A DNA stretch of 64,000 nt from Candidatus Adlerbacteria bacterium GW2011_GWA1_54_10 (GTDB taxonomy: Bacteria; Patescibacteriota; Minisyncoccia; Phycocordibacterales; SBAW01): positions 27,060-91,059 of the forward strand of contig LCRO01000002.1 in assembly GCA_001004665.1 (NCBI GenBank). Direction: 5' to 3'. Below are positions 54,332 to 61,955 of this stretch, in pieces. Every line of letters begins with the position of its first letter. Within the stretch, counting starts at the first letter, position 1. The position numbers were made by a program, and so were the translations under genes. The notes below the pieces were generated by a model, which searched no databases, was not told the DNA's origin, and was given only the letters and a program-made list of their open reading frames with translations.

Positions 54332-54360
54332 CCGCGCGGCGCTCCCGCGTGGTTTTTTTT
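54332..54360 (+). terminator. orphan intrinsic-terminator-like hairpin with T8 tract on the plus strand (the flanking genes are on the minus strand)
   Basis: CCGCGCGG-CGCTC-CCGCGTGG (8-bp stem, one G-U) followed by TTTTTTTTCTTTTTT. The minus-strand RNA would have the A-tract 5' of the hairpin instead. Confidence 0.35.
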
Positions 54361-54371
54361 CTTTTTTATAT

Positions 54372-55472
54372 TTACCCGATCAGCCGTGCGATGTCGCTTG
54401 CAGTAACCGCAACCATGAGCGCGATAAGGAGGACAAATCCGAAAAGCGTAAGCGCGGTGACGAGTCGCTCGGGTATTGAGCGGCGAACCGCTCCTTCTAT
54501 CGCCAAAATAAGGAGACGTCCGCCGTCGAGCCCGGGTATCGGAAGAACATTTATGATGGCGAGATTAATGGATATGAGCGCTGTAATTATTATTGCGGTT
54601 CCGAACCCGCTTTGCACCGCCTGCGCTCCGGCGCCCGCGATGCCCACCGGTCCGGCGACGGCGGAAAAGTCGGCCGTTCCGCGCAGGAGCTCGCCCAAAA
54701 AACGCCCCAGACCGCGCGCGCTCTCGACGGTTATCCGCTCGGCCAATATCGCGCCCTGCGCGAAGGCAAGGTGTGGAGGCAACCGCAGTATTCCATAATC
54801 GCCAAGCTCCACCCCAAGCGCCTTGCGACCTTCTATCATTCCCTCCTCCGGTTTTGCAAGAAATGTTTTTTGCTCAAAGCCTCCTTCGGTGGCCGAGGGG
54901 CGCAGGACGGCAACGATCATACTTTCATCCGCATGCGCGGCAATGAATGCGCGCGCACTTTCCGCATTGCCTTTCGAAAACTCTGTCGAACCCGTCTTTA
55001 TGGCAGAAACAACATCGCCCGGCAAAAGCCCCGCGCGCTCGGCCGGGGAGTCCGGCAAAACGCCCGCCACGGTAGTTCGTACGTCACTCACTTCGCCGAA
55101 TCCAGCATGTTCCTTGGGCGTGGGAAGCCCGGTCATGTAGCCAGCAGAGAGTAACAGCCACGCAAAGACAAGATTAAAAGCAACGCCCGCCGCAAGAACC
55201 GCGGCCTGTACCCACCTTGAGCGGCTATTTAAACTCCGCGAGTCGCCGCGACCCTCACCAGGGTCCTCGCCGAAAATCTTTACGTACCCTCCGACCAACA
55301 AAAGTCCCAGTGAATACTGCGTTCCTCCCCGCCGGACGCGGAAAATGCGCGGCGGAAAGCCGATGGAAAATTCCTCAACGCGCACTTTAAATAATTTCGC
55401 GACGGAAAAATGCCCGAGTTCGTGCACCCAGATCAAAACAACTAAAATGATTAAAAATATAGCCAGGCTCAT
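54372..55472 (-). CDS. rseP: RIP metalloprotease RseP (site-2 protease, M50)
   Basis: HELGHFSVAKLF (HExxH); PDZ domain; C-terminal LDGG motif GLDGGRLL. Confidence 0.85.
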   Translation of the reverse strand: MSLAIFLIILVVLIWVHELGHFSVAKLFKVRVEEFSIGFPPRIFRVRRGGTQYSLGLLLVGGYVKIFGEDPGEGRGDSRSLNSRSRWVQAAVLAAGVAFNLVFAWLLLSAGYMTGLPTPKEHAGFGEVSDVRTTVAGVLPDSPAERAGLLPGDVVSAIKTGSTEFSKGNAESARAFIAAHADESMIVAVLRPSATEGGFEQKTFLAKPEEGMIEGRKALGVELGDYGILRLPPHLAFAQGAILAERITVESARGLGRFLGELLRGTADFSAVAGPVGIAGAGAQAVQSGFGTAIIITALISINLAIINVLPIPGLDGGRLLILAIEGAVRRSIPERLVTALTLFGFVLLIALMVAVTASDIARLIG

Positions 55473-56023
55473 GCGCTTATTTCTTTTTCCTTGCGCTCGA
55501 GCATTCCGTCAAACTGCTGGTTCGCCGCCTTGACCCGCTTTTCCATCTCGTCTTTAAAGCGGAACTTGTCGTCCTCGGGAATTACCCCGTCCTTCTCTTT
55601 TTTTTGGATATCGCTCCAGACCTCGTCCCGCGCCGAGCGAAGCGAAGTGCGCGCCTCCTCCAACCTTTCTCTGGCAAGTTTTATCAAACCCGCGCGGCGC
55701 TCGGAGGTAAGTTCCGGGAAAGATATTCTGACGCCCCTCTCGTCCATGCCGACCGAAAGCCCCAGATTCGCAAGAGTCACGGCCTTCTCTATATCCTTGC
55801 CGAGAGATGAATCCCACGGCGTTATGCGCAAGGTGCGCGCGTCCTCGACTACAATACTTGCTACCTGCGGTATAGGCACGCGGGTGCCGTAGCTCTCGAC
55901 AAGCACGCCGTCGAGTATAGCGGGGGCCGCATGCGAGGTGCGCACACCAGAGAGATCTTTTTGCAACCTCTCTCCTGTCGTCTTTATCTTCTGCTCGAGT
56001 TGTTTAAAATCGTACATCGCCAT
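55469..56023 (-). CDS. frr: ribosome recycling factor
   Basis: 184 aa: ILDGVLVESYGTRVPIPQVASIVVEDARTLRITPWD...DEVWSDIQKKEKDGVIPEDDKFRFKDEMEKRV. Confidence 0.9.
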   Translation of the reverse strand: MAMYDFKQLEQKIKTTGERLQKDLSGVRTSHAAPAILDGVLVESYGTRVPIPQVASIVVEDARTLRITPWDSSLGKDIEKAVTLANLGLSVGMDERGVRISFPELTSERRAGLIKLARERLEEARTSLRSARDEVWSDIQKKEKDGVIPEDDKFRFKDEMEKRVKAANQQFDGMLERKEKEISA

Positions 56024-56044
56024 ATTGTAGCAAAAAGCACAGTA

Positions 56045-56725
56045 CTACACCCGGAACTTTTTTGCCGCGAGCGGATAAATTTTAACTAGCGGATCGAGGT
56101 TCGTGTCGTATCTGCGCGCCGGCGCCAAATAGCGACCGTAATATATGACGCGATGGGCGAACCCGCGCCACTCTTTCTTTGGCAAAAGGAGCATCAGATC
56201 TTTTTCTATGCGCGGTGCGGCTTTGTGGTCGGATAAATCATATCGCTTTGTGAAGCGAATTACGTGCGTGTCGACGGTTATCCCAGCGACCACTCCGTAT
56301 CCCTCGGCAAGGACGACGTTCGCGCTCTTGCGCGCGATTCCCGGCAGTCGCAGTAGCTCCTCCATGGTCCGCGGCACCATGCCGTGGAACTCCTCTTTGA
56401 TCATTCTCGCCGCGGCTAAAATATTTTTTGCTTTGTTGCGATAAAAACCTGTCTGCTTTATATCACGCTCAAACTCACGGATATTCGCGCGCGCATAGTC
56501 GCCCGGCGCCTTGTATTTTTTAAAAAGTTTTTCCGTAACTTTGTTCACCACCCTGTCCGTACATTGCGCGGAAAGCCGCACCGCAATCAAAAGCTGGAGA
56601 GGGTTTTTGAATTTAAGCTCTATCCCCGCACCCGGAAACAGCTTTTTGAGGGCACTATCAAGCTTCTGTATTCGTTCTCTTCTCTCTTTTAATTTTTTAG
56701 GATTCATACAGAAGTTAAATCTCAA
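56045..56725 (-). CDS. nth: HhH-GPD DNA glycosylase, endonuclease III-like, apparently lacking the C-terminal [4Fe-4S] Cys cluster
   Basis: LLIAVRLSAQCTDRVVNKVTEKLF...LLRLPGIARKSANVVLAEGYGVVAGITVDTHVIR (HhH plus catalytic K/D). No CxxxxxxCxxCxxxxxC at the C-terminus. Confidence 0.7.
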   Translation of the reverse strand: MRFNFCMNPKKLKERRERIQKLDSALKKLFPGAGIELKFKNPLQLLIAVRLSAQCTDRVVNKVTEKLFKKYKAPGDYARANIREFERDIKQTGFYRNKAKNILAAARMIKEEFHGMVPRTMEELLRLPGIARKSANVVLAEGYGVVAGITVDTHVIRFTKRYDLSDHKAAPRIEKDLMLLLPKKEWRGFAHRVIYYGRYLAPARRYDTNLDPLVKIYPLAAKKFRV

Positions 56726-56746
56726 ATGTGATTTGTGGTTTGGAGC

Positions 56747-57475
56747 TTACATCCGCAGTAAGCTTACTGCGAGGTGTTCAAGGAGCATTTTGAGCGAAGG
56801 CGAGCGGTCGCGCATATAGTCGCGCACTTTTGCGATGTCCTCCAAGTCCTCGCGCGCCTCACTAGTCCTAAATTTTGAAAATCGGTAATAAAGTTCCAAC
56901 TCGAGCGCGTTTATAAATTCCCGCGCCCTGTCTTTTGTCCCTTCTCCTGCCTCGACTCGCCCGTCTAGGCGAGGAGGGTCGTCTTTAATCAATTTTACTA
57001 CAAATTCGCTCCGTTCTTTTTTATTTGATTTTAAAAATTTATCGATTGTTTGTTGAAACTCAAGGCGGTGCCTTGCCTGCCCGTCGAAGCCTTGGCGAAG
57101 TCGGGGGAGGCCCTGGTTTAAGGCGTTGCCTTTGGCTGGATATTCAAGCATTCTAGATCTAAGTGTGGACAGCAAAATCCCGTGCGGAACGAGCAGAATA
57201 AAGGTCGTCCCGTATTGTGGCTCCTCAATGAGCTTGAGCAATGCTTGCTGTGCTTCTGTGGTAAATGAGGAAATTCCAACAAAAAATATGGTATCGCTAT
57301 AATTCTTTAATGTAGCCAGTGCGGCAAGCTCGCGCGCGTCGTCAACACCGAAGCGCTCGAATTTCCGCGCCCAAAAAGTCTCACCTGCAGGGCTACGACC
57401 GAGGGGCTTAATTCCTTTTTTATACTCTTCAAAAAGCGAAAGCGAGCCTTCTATGTAATATGCGTGATGTTCCAT
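56747..57475 (-). CDS. holB: DNA polymerase III delta-prime subunit-like (HolB, short form without P-loop)
   Basis: HHAYYIEGS...VDDARELAALATLKNYSDTIFFVGISSFTTEAQQALLKLIEEPQYGTTFILLV...LLSTLRSRM (compare NALLKTLEEPP..TxFIL...SRC). Confidence 0.55.
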   Translation of the reverse strand: MEHHAYYIEGSLSLFEEYKKGIKPLGRSPAGETFWARKFERFGVDDARELAALATLKNYSDTIFFVGISSFTTEAQQALLKLIEEPQYGTTFILLVPHGILLSTLRSRMLEYPAKGNALNQGLPRLRQGFDGQARHRLEFQQTIDKFLKSNKKERSEFVVKLIKDDPPRLDGRVEAGEGTKDRAREFINALELELYYRFSKFRTSEAREDLEDIAKVRDYMRDRSPSLKMLLEHLAVSLLRM

Positions 57476-57478
57476 ACA

Positions 57479-58492
57479 CTACCGCTTCGCGATTATGGCT
57501 TTTTTGTACGCATCCAGATGATCGAGCGCTATGCCACTCCCCTTTGCGACGCAATAGAGCGCGTCGTCTGCCAAACGCGCCTTGACCCCTGTCCGCCGCA
57601 AAACAAGTTCGGGGAAATTGCGCAACAAGGATGTCCCTCCAGTCATCGTAATTCCGCTGTCTATAATGTCGGCCGCGAGCTCGGGAGGAGTATCTTGTAG
57701 CACGTCGCGCACTGCTTTGAGTATCTCGCGCAGCTCCTTGCCCATGGCTTTCACTATGTCGTTGGTCTTGAGCTCGCACGAGCGCGGGAGACCCGTGATG
57801 AAATCGCGCCCTCTCACCTGCATGGCCAGCTCCTCCTCGACAGGCACCGCCGAGCCTATAGCGATTTTTACGTCCTCCGCGGTCTTGTCGCCTATGGCAA
57901 GGTTGTAGGTTTTTTTTATGTAATCGGTTATCGCATGATCAAGCCTGTCCCCCGCGCATTTTATCGAGGTCGAGGCGACAATTCCGCCAAGCGATATAAC
58001 CGCGACATCGGCCGTGCCTCCGCCTATATCAACGACCATGTGCCCGCGGGCCTCCTGTATGGGGATGCCGGCGCCTATGGCGGCCAGAACCGACTCTTTG
58101 ACAACGTACGCATTGCGCGCGCCAGCGCGCACGGCGGCCTCGACGACGGCGCGGCGCTCGGTCGAAGTCACTCCGGTAGGGACGCTGATCATCACCTCGG
58201 GCTTGAAGAATTGATATTTACCGAGAGCCTTGCCTATAAAATATTTGAGCATCGCCTGCGTAACACGGTAGTCAGCAATGACGCCGTCGCGCAGAGGCCT
58301 GTACGCGATTATTTCGCTCGGCGTACGTCCTATCATCTCTTTGGCCTCGGCGCCGACCGCTAGTATGCGCTTGTCAATTTCCGATATGGCGACGACTGAC
58401 GGCTCGTTTAGCACCACGCCTTTGCCGGGCACGAATACGAGCGTGTTTGCCGTCCCCAGATCAATCCCGAGCTTTGGAGTAAAAAACGTCAT
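57479..58492 (-). CDS. mreB: second MreB-family actin homolog (Mbl/MreBH-like paralog)
   Basis: KLGIDLGTANTLVFVPGKGVVLNEPSVVAI...DIGGGTADVAVISLGGIV. About 50% identical to the MreB at 51930-52985 by eye. Confidence 0.85.
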   Translation of the reverse strand: MTFFTPKLGIDLGTANTLVFVPGKGVVLNEPSVVAISEIDKRILAVGAEAKEMIGRTPSEIIAYRPLRDGVIADYRVTQAMLKYFIGKALGKYQFFKPEVMISVPTGVTSTERRAVVEAAVRAGARNAYVVKESVLAAIGAGIPIQEARGHMVVDIGGGTADVAVISLGGIVASTSIKCAGDRLDHAITDYIKKTYNLAIGDKTAEDVKIAIGSAVPVEEELAMQVRGRDFITGLPRSCELKTNDIVKAMGKELREILKAVRDVLQDTPPELAADIIDSGITMTGGTSLLRNFPELVLRRTGVKARLADDALYCVAKGSGIALDHLDAYKKAIIAKR

Positions 58493-58501
58493 GGTGAAAT
58501 A

Positions 58502-59728
58502 CTATATTTGCTCTCTCTTTATGTTAAGGCCGAGCTTTGAAAGGCGCTCTTCTATTGCGAGATAGCCGCGGTCTATTATATAGGCGTTGTTTACTACCGA
58601 AGTCCCCTCGGCGACCGTCGCCGCAAGGATATACGCAAGGCCGGCGCGCAGGTCCGGCCCCTCCAGCTCCTGCGCCGAAAGAGCGCGCGGGCCGCGGATG
58701 CGGACTTTGTGCGGATTAAGGACTTCGATATCGGCACCCATGCGCGCCAAATCCTCCGCATAACGGAAGCGCCCGTCAAAAATAGTCTCGAGTATCGTCG
58801 CTTCTCCCTCCGCCTGCGTCAAAAATACCGCCATGGTCGCCTGCAGATCGGTCGGGAAGCCGGGATATTCGTGCGTGCGCACCGATACCGCCTGCGGCAA
58901 GGTTAAACCTTGCCGCAGGCTTATGGAACTCTCTCCTATTTCGAATTTGATTCCGGCGCGCGCGAGCAATGAAAGCAGGGCCGCAGAATGTTTGGGCTCG
59001 CAATCGACAATTTTTACATCATGCCCCGCGAGCGCGGCCAATATTAGGAAGCTCCCGGTCTCTATCCTGTCGGGGGGCGTTATATACGGCCTCCCATTTG
59101 CACGCAAAATGCCGCCGCCTTCAATTTTTAGCGTCGGTGTGCCCGCTCCATCGATATGCGCTCCGCAAGTATTTAAATATCCGGCAAGCGAATCTATCTC
59201 CGGCTCCATCGCGGCGTTCTCCAAAATCGTCCTCCCCTCGGCAAGGGTCGCCGCGAGCATCAGCGTTTCCGTTGCGGTAACGGAAACGAATGGAAAGAAA
59301 ATATGCGCGCCGCGCAACTTTCCTTTTATTATAAACAGGCCGTCATTTTCCACGATCTCCGCGCCCATCGCCCTGTACCCGTCCAAAAACAGGTCAATCG
59401 GCCGCTCGCCGAGCACACATCCGCCGGGGAACGGAAAAGTAACTTCGCCGTAGCGCGCAAGCACTGGACCGGTAAGCACTATCGAAGCGCGCAGACGCTC
59501 GGCTATGTCCCTGTGGAGTTCCGGATTTTGCTTAAGGCCAACGAGCAACTCGCGCATACGCCGCACGTCCTCAATTTCCGGCACGTTCTTAAATTCCACC
59601 TCGTCTTCAAACAGTATTGATGCCGCGAGAGCTTTGAGAATCGCATTTTTTGCCCCACGCACCGCGATTGTGCCTGAAAGAGCTTTTTTTCTTCCCAACC
59701 CTTCAATTACAAATTTACTTTTGTTCAT
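58502..59728 (-). CDS. murA: UDP-N-acetylglucosamine 1-carboxyvinyltransferase MurA
   Basis: FVIEGLGRKKALSGTIAVRGAKNAILKALAASILFEDEVEFKNVPEIEDV; C-terminal GTSVVNNAYIIDRGYLAIEERLSKLG. Confidence 0.9.
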   Translation of the reverse strand: MNKSKFVIEGLGRKKALSGTIAVRGAKNAILKALAASILFEDEVEFKNVPEIEDVRRMRELLVGLKQNPELHRDIAERLRASIVLTGPVLARYGEVTFPFPGGCVLGERPIDLFLDGYRAMGAEIVENDGLFIIKGKLRGAHIFFPFVSVTATETLMLAATLAEGRTILENAAMEPEIDSLAGYLNTCGAHIDGAGTPTLKIEGGGILRANGRPYITPPDRIETGSFLILAALAGHDVKIVDCEPKHSAALLSLLARAGIKFEIGESSISLRQGLTLPQAVSVRTHEYPGFPTDLQATMAVFLTQAEGEATILETIFDGRFRYAEDLARMGADIEVLNPHKVRIRGPRALSAQELEGPDLRAGLAYILAATVAEGTSVVNNAYIIDRGYLAIEERLSKLGLNIKREQI

Positions 59729-59993
59729 GCTTTTTGGGATTTATTTCCCACCAGAATTTTTTGGAAAAATCCTTTGCGTCGTCGCATATGCGCTTAAGGT
59801 AGTAGAGATCCTTTGTCGGTATAGCCTGCAGAATGCGTCCCGTGCGCGGCATCGTCAGGGGCGGAATTTTGTCCCTTTTACGCGGCGCGTTGAGCCTTTC
59901 CATGAAATATTTCATCAGCTCGCCGCGCTCGGTTATCTTTTCTCTCTTGGAGCGCGCAGAAAGCTCTTCCATGTGTTTTTTGATGTGCTCCAT
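59715..59993 (-). CDS. hypothetical small basic protein
   Basis: 92-aa ORF overlapping the murA start by 14 nt. Start is 22 bp from the divergent def start. TATATA-type -10 shared in opposite orientations. Confidence 0.4.
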   Translation of the reverse strand: MEHIKKHMEELSARSKREKITERGELMKYFMERLNAPRKRDKIPPLTMPRTGRILQAIPTKDLYYLKRICDDAKDFSKKFWWEINPKKHEQK

Positions 59994-60015
59994 GCGCTCA
60001 GTATATAGTAGTCAT

Positions 60016-60546
60016 ATGAAGGACGGAATCGTACAGATAGGAGCGCCGGTTTTGCGTCAAAAAGCAAAATCCGTGCCTAAAAAGGAAGTAGGCTCGCGGC
60101 GCGTGGCAAAGCTCATTGCGCGCATGAAGACGGCGCTTAAAAAAGAAAAGTTCGGCGTCGCTATCGCGGCATCGCAGGTTGGAGAGCCGTTGCGTATATT
60201 TGTCGTGGCGGGCCGCGTGTTTGAACCGGAGCGGAAAGCCTCCCAAAAGGTCCTCGGGTCGGCGAAGCCTGCGGACAAAGTGTTTATTAACCCCAAGATC
60301 ATCCGCCTATCAAGAAAGAAAAAAGAAATGACGGAGGGATGCCTTTCCGTGCGCAAAAAGTACGGCTTCGTAAAGCGGCACGAGAAGGCGACTGTCCGCG
60401 CACTGGATGAGAGCGGCGATCCTTTTATCTACAACGGCACGGAGTTGCTAGCGCAGATATTTCAGCACGAGTGCGACCATCTCGATGGCGTGCTTTATGT
60501 GGACAGGGCGGAGGAAATCCATGACGAACCCGAAAAAGAAAAATAA
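60016..60546 (+). CDS. def: peptide deformylase
   Basis: GVAIAASQVG (motif 1), EGCLS (motif 2), QHECDHLDG (motif 3). TATATA 8 nt upstream of ATG. Confidence 0.9.
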   Translation: MKDGIVQIGAPVLRQKAKSVPKKEVGSRRVAKLIARMKTALKKEKFGVAIAASQVGEPLRIFVVAGRVFEPERKASQKVLGSAKPADKVFINPKIIRLSRKKKEMTEGCLSVRKKYGFVKRHEKATVRALDESGDPFIYNGTELLAQIFQHECDHLDGVLYVDRAEEIHDEPEKEK

Positions 60547-61294
60547 TCGCGAAATTTTATGTGCGTTCTTCGGCTCGGGTGCAGAGTCGGGAGATGCACT
60601 TGCACAACTCCAACGGCTTGGTCTTGAGCCCGCTCTCGTAATACGAAATAAGGAACTGCCGCCCGAAATTTACAATACAGAGTGGGATGTCTTCGTCGTT
60701 GCATCATACGGCAAGATCCTGCCCAAGGCCGTTCTCGACATACCAAAACACGGTTGTCTGAATATTCATCCGTCGCTGCTCCCGAAATTCCGCGGGCCTT
60801 CGCCGGTGCTTTCGGCAATTCTTGGAGATGAAAGAAAGACAGGTGTCACAATAATGCAGATGAACGAGGAAATGGACACCGGGCCGATAGTCGCGCAGGC
60901 GAGCATAGAGATAGACGAAGAGGAGTGGCCGCAGAAAGGAAGCCTGCTTACTACAATGCTTTTTACAGAAGGGGCCAATCTGCTCGTCGAAATTATGCCG
61001 CAATGGATAGCGGGCGGCATAAAGCCCGAGCCGCAGAACAACTCCGAAGCGACATATACGCGCAAGTTTACGGACGAAGATGCCCGCATCGACCCGCGCG
61101 GCGACGCTCGCGCACAATTTTTAAAAATCATGGCGTTCGATAAAAACCCTAGGGCATATTTTCTTGATTCAAGAAATCGAAGGATAATCGTCACCGACGC
61201 GGAGATAAAAGCCGATAAACTCGAGATCTTGAAAGTGATACCCGAAGGCAAAAAAGAGATGCCCTATGCCGACTTTCTACGCGGTCAAAAATGA
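60521..61294 (+). CDS. fmt: methionyl-tRNA formyltransferase (compact form)
   Basis: WDVFVVASYGKILPKAVLDIPKHGCLNIHPSLLPKFRGPSPVLSAILGDERKTGVTIMQMNEEMDTGPIVAQ; C-terminal Fmt domain. Overlaps def by 26 nt. Confidence 0.85.
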   Translation: MTNPKKKNNREILCAFFGSGAESGDALAQLQRLGLEPALVIRNKELPPEIYNTEWDVFVVASYGKILPKAVLDIPKHGCLNIHPSLLPKFRGPSPVLSAILGDERKTGVTIMQMNEEMDTGPIVAQASIEIDEEEWPQKGSLLTTMLFTEGANLLVEIMPQWIAGGIKPEPQNNSEATYTRKFTDEDARIDPRGDARAQFLKIMAFDKNPRAYFLDSRNRRIIVTDAEIKADKLEILKVIPEGKKEMPYADFLRGQK

Positions 61295-61347
61295 GTCACG
61301 TAAATTGAGCTCAATGTTCACGACCGTGAATAATTGGCTAAAAAACA

Positions 61348-61704
61348 TCAGTGGCGCAGGCCGCGCAGGTAACCCTTGACGCGCGACGCGGTGCGGCGCA
61401 GGAGGCTTACGCGCTTTTGCTTTGCGCCGCGCAATGCGTGCAAGAGTTCCCCGAACGCGAGGTCGACGGCTCCATGCATGCTCTCTCCCCACTCCTCCGC
61501 CCTATACAGCGCCCGGCCCGCCGCAACCGTAAACTCCGCGCGATAATGGCCGCCGTCGCGCATTGGCTCGTGCGCAAGCTCCACGTCGGCGTGCACTGCA
61601 GGTCCGTCAGCCAAGAACTTTTCGGCGGCTGCGAGCTTTTTCTCCACATACCCGCGCAATTCCGGTGTAATTCCGACCCCTGTGCCCTTTAGGTTGTAAT
61701 TCAC
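61348..61704 (-). CDS. hpf: ribosome hibernation promoting factor / RaiA (short form)
   Basis: MNYNLKGTGVGITPELRGYVEKKLAAAEKFL ... EFTVAAGRALYRAEEWGESMHGAVDLAFGELLHAL. Confidence 0.85.
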   Translation of the reverse strand: MNYNLKGTGVGITPELRGYVEKKLAAAEKFLADGPAVHADVELAHEPMRDGGHYRAEFTVAAGRALYRAEEWGESMHGAVDLAFGELLHALRGAKQKRVSLLRRTASRVKGYLRGLRH

Positions 61705-61775
61705 ACCCTCATTCTAACGCAGGTTTTTTGAGGTATAATGAAGAAACAGGGCGCCTTATCAATTTTTATAACAAT

Positions 61776-61943
61776 ATGGCAGAAGTAGAAGCATACTGTG
61801 TCAAGTGCAAAGCAAAGCGTCAAATGAACGAGCCCAAAGAGGTTTCTTTCGCCGGAAAGGGCGGTCAGGAGCGCGCGGCCATGCAGGGAACGTGCCCGGT
61901 CTGCGGCACCAAGATGTTCCGGATATTGGGAAAAAAAGGATAA
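61776..61943 (+). CDS. small zinc-ribbon protein (CxxC...CxxC)
   Basis: MAEVEAYCVKCKAKRQMNEPKEVSFAGKGGQERAAMQGTCPVCGTKMFRILGKKG. The ORF-track start at 61728 gives a poor N-terminal extension. Confidence 0.45.
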   Translation: MAEVEAYCVKCKAKRQMNEPKEVSFAGKGGQERAAMQGTCPVCGTKMFRILGKKG

Positions 61944-61955
61944 CAGGAAGGGGGG

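Noticed and set aside
61297-61330. Palindromes (TTGAGCTCAA; TCACG-AC-CGTGA) between convergent fmt and hpf as a bidirectional terminator
   Set aside because: Stems are short and AT-rich and no convincing U-tract is present on either strand. Left unannotated.
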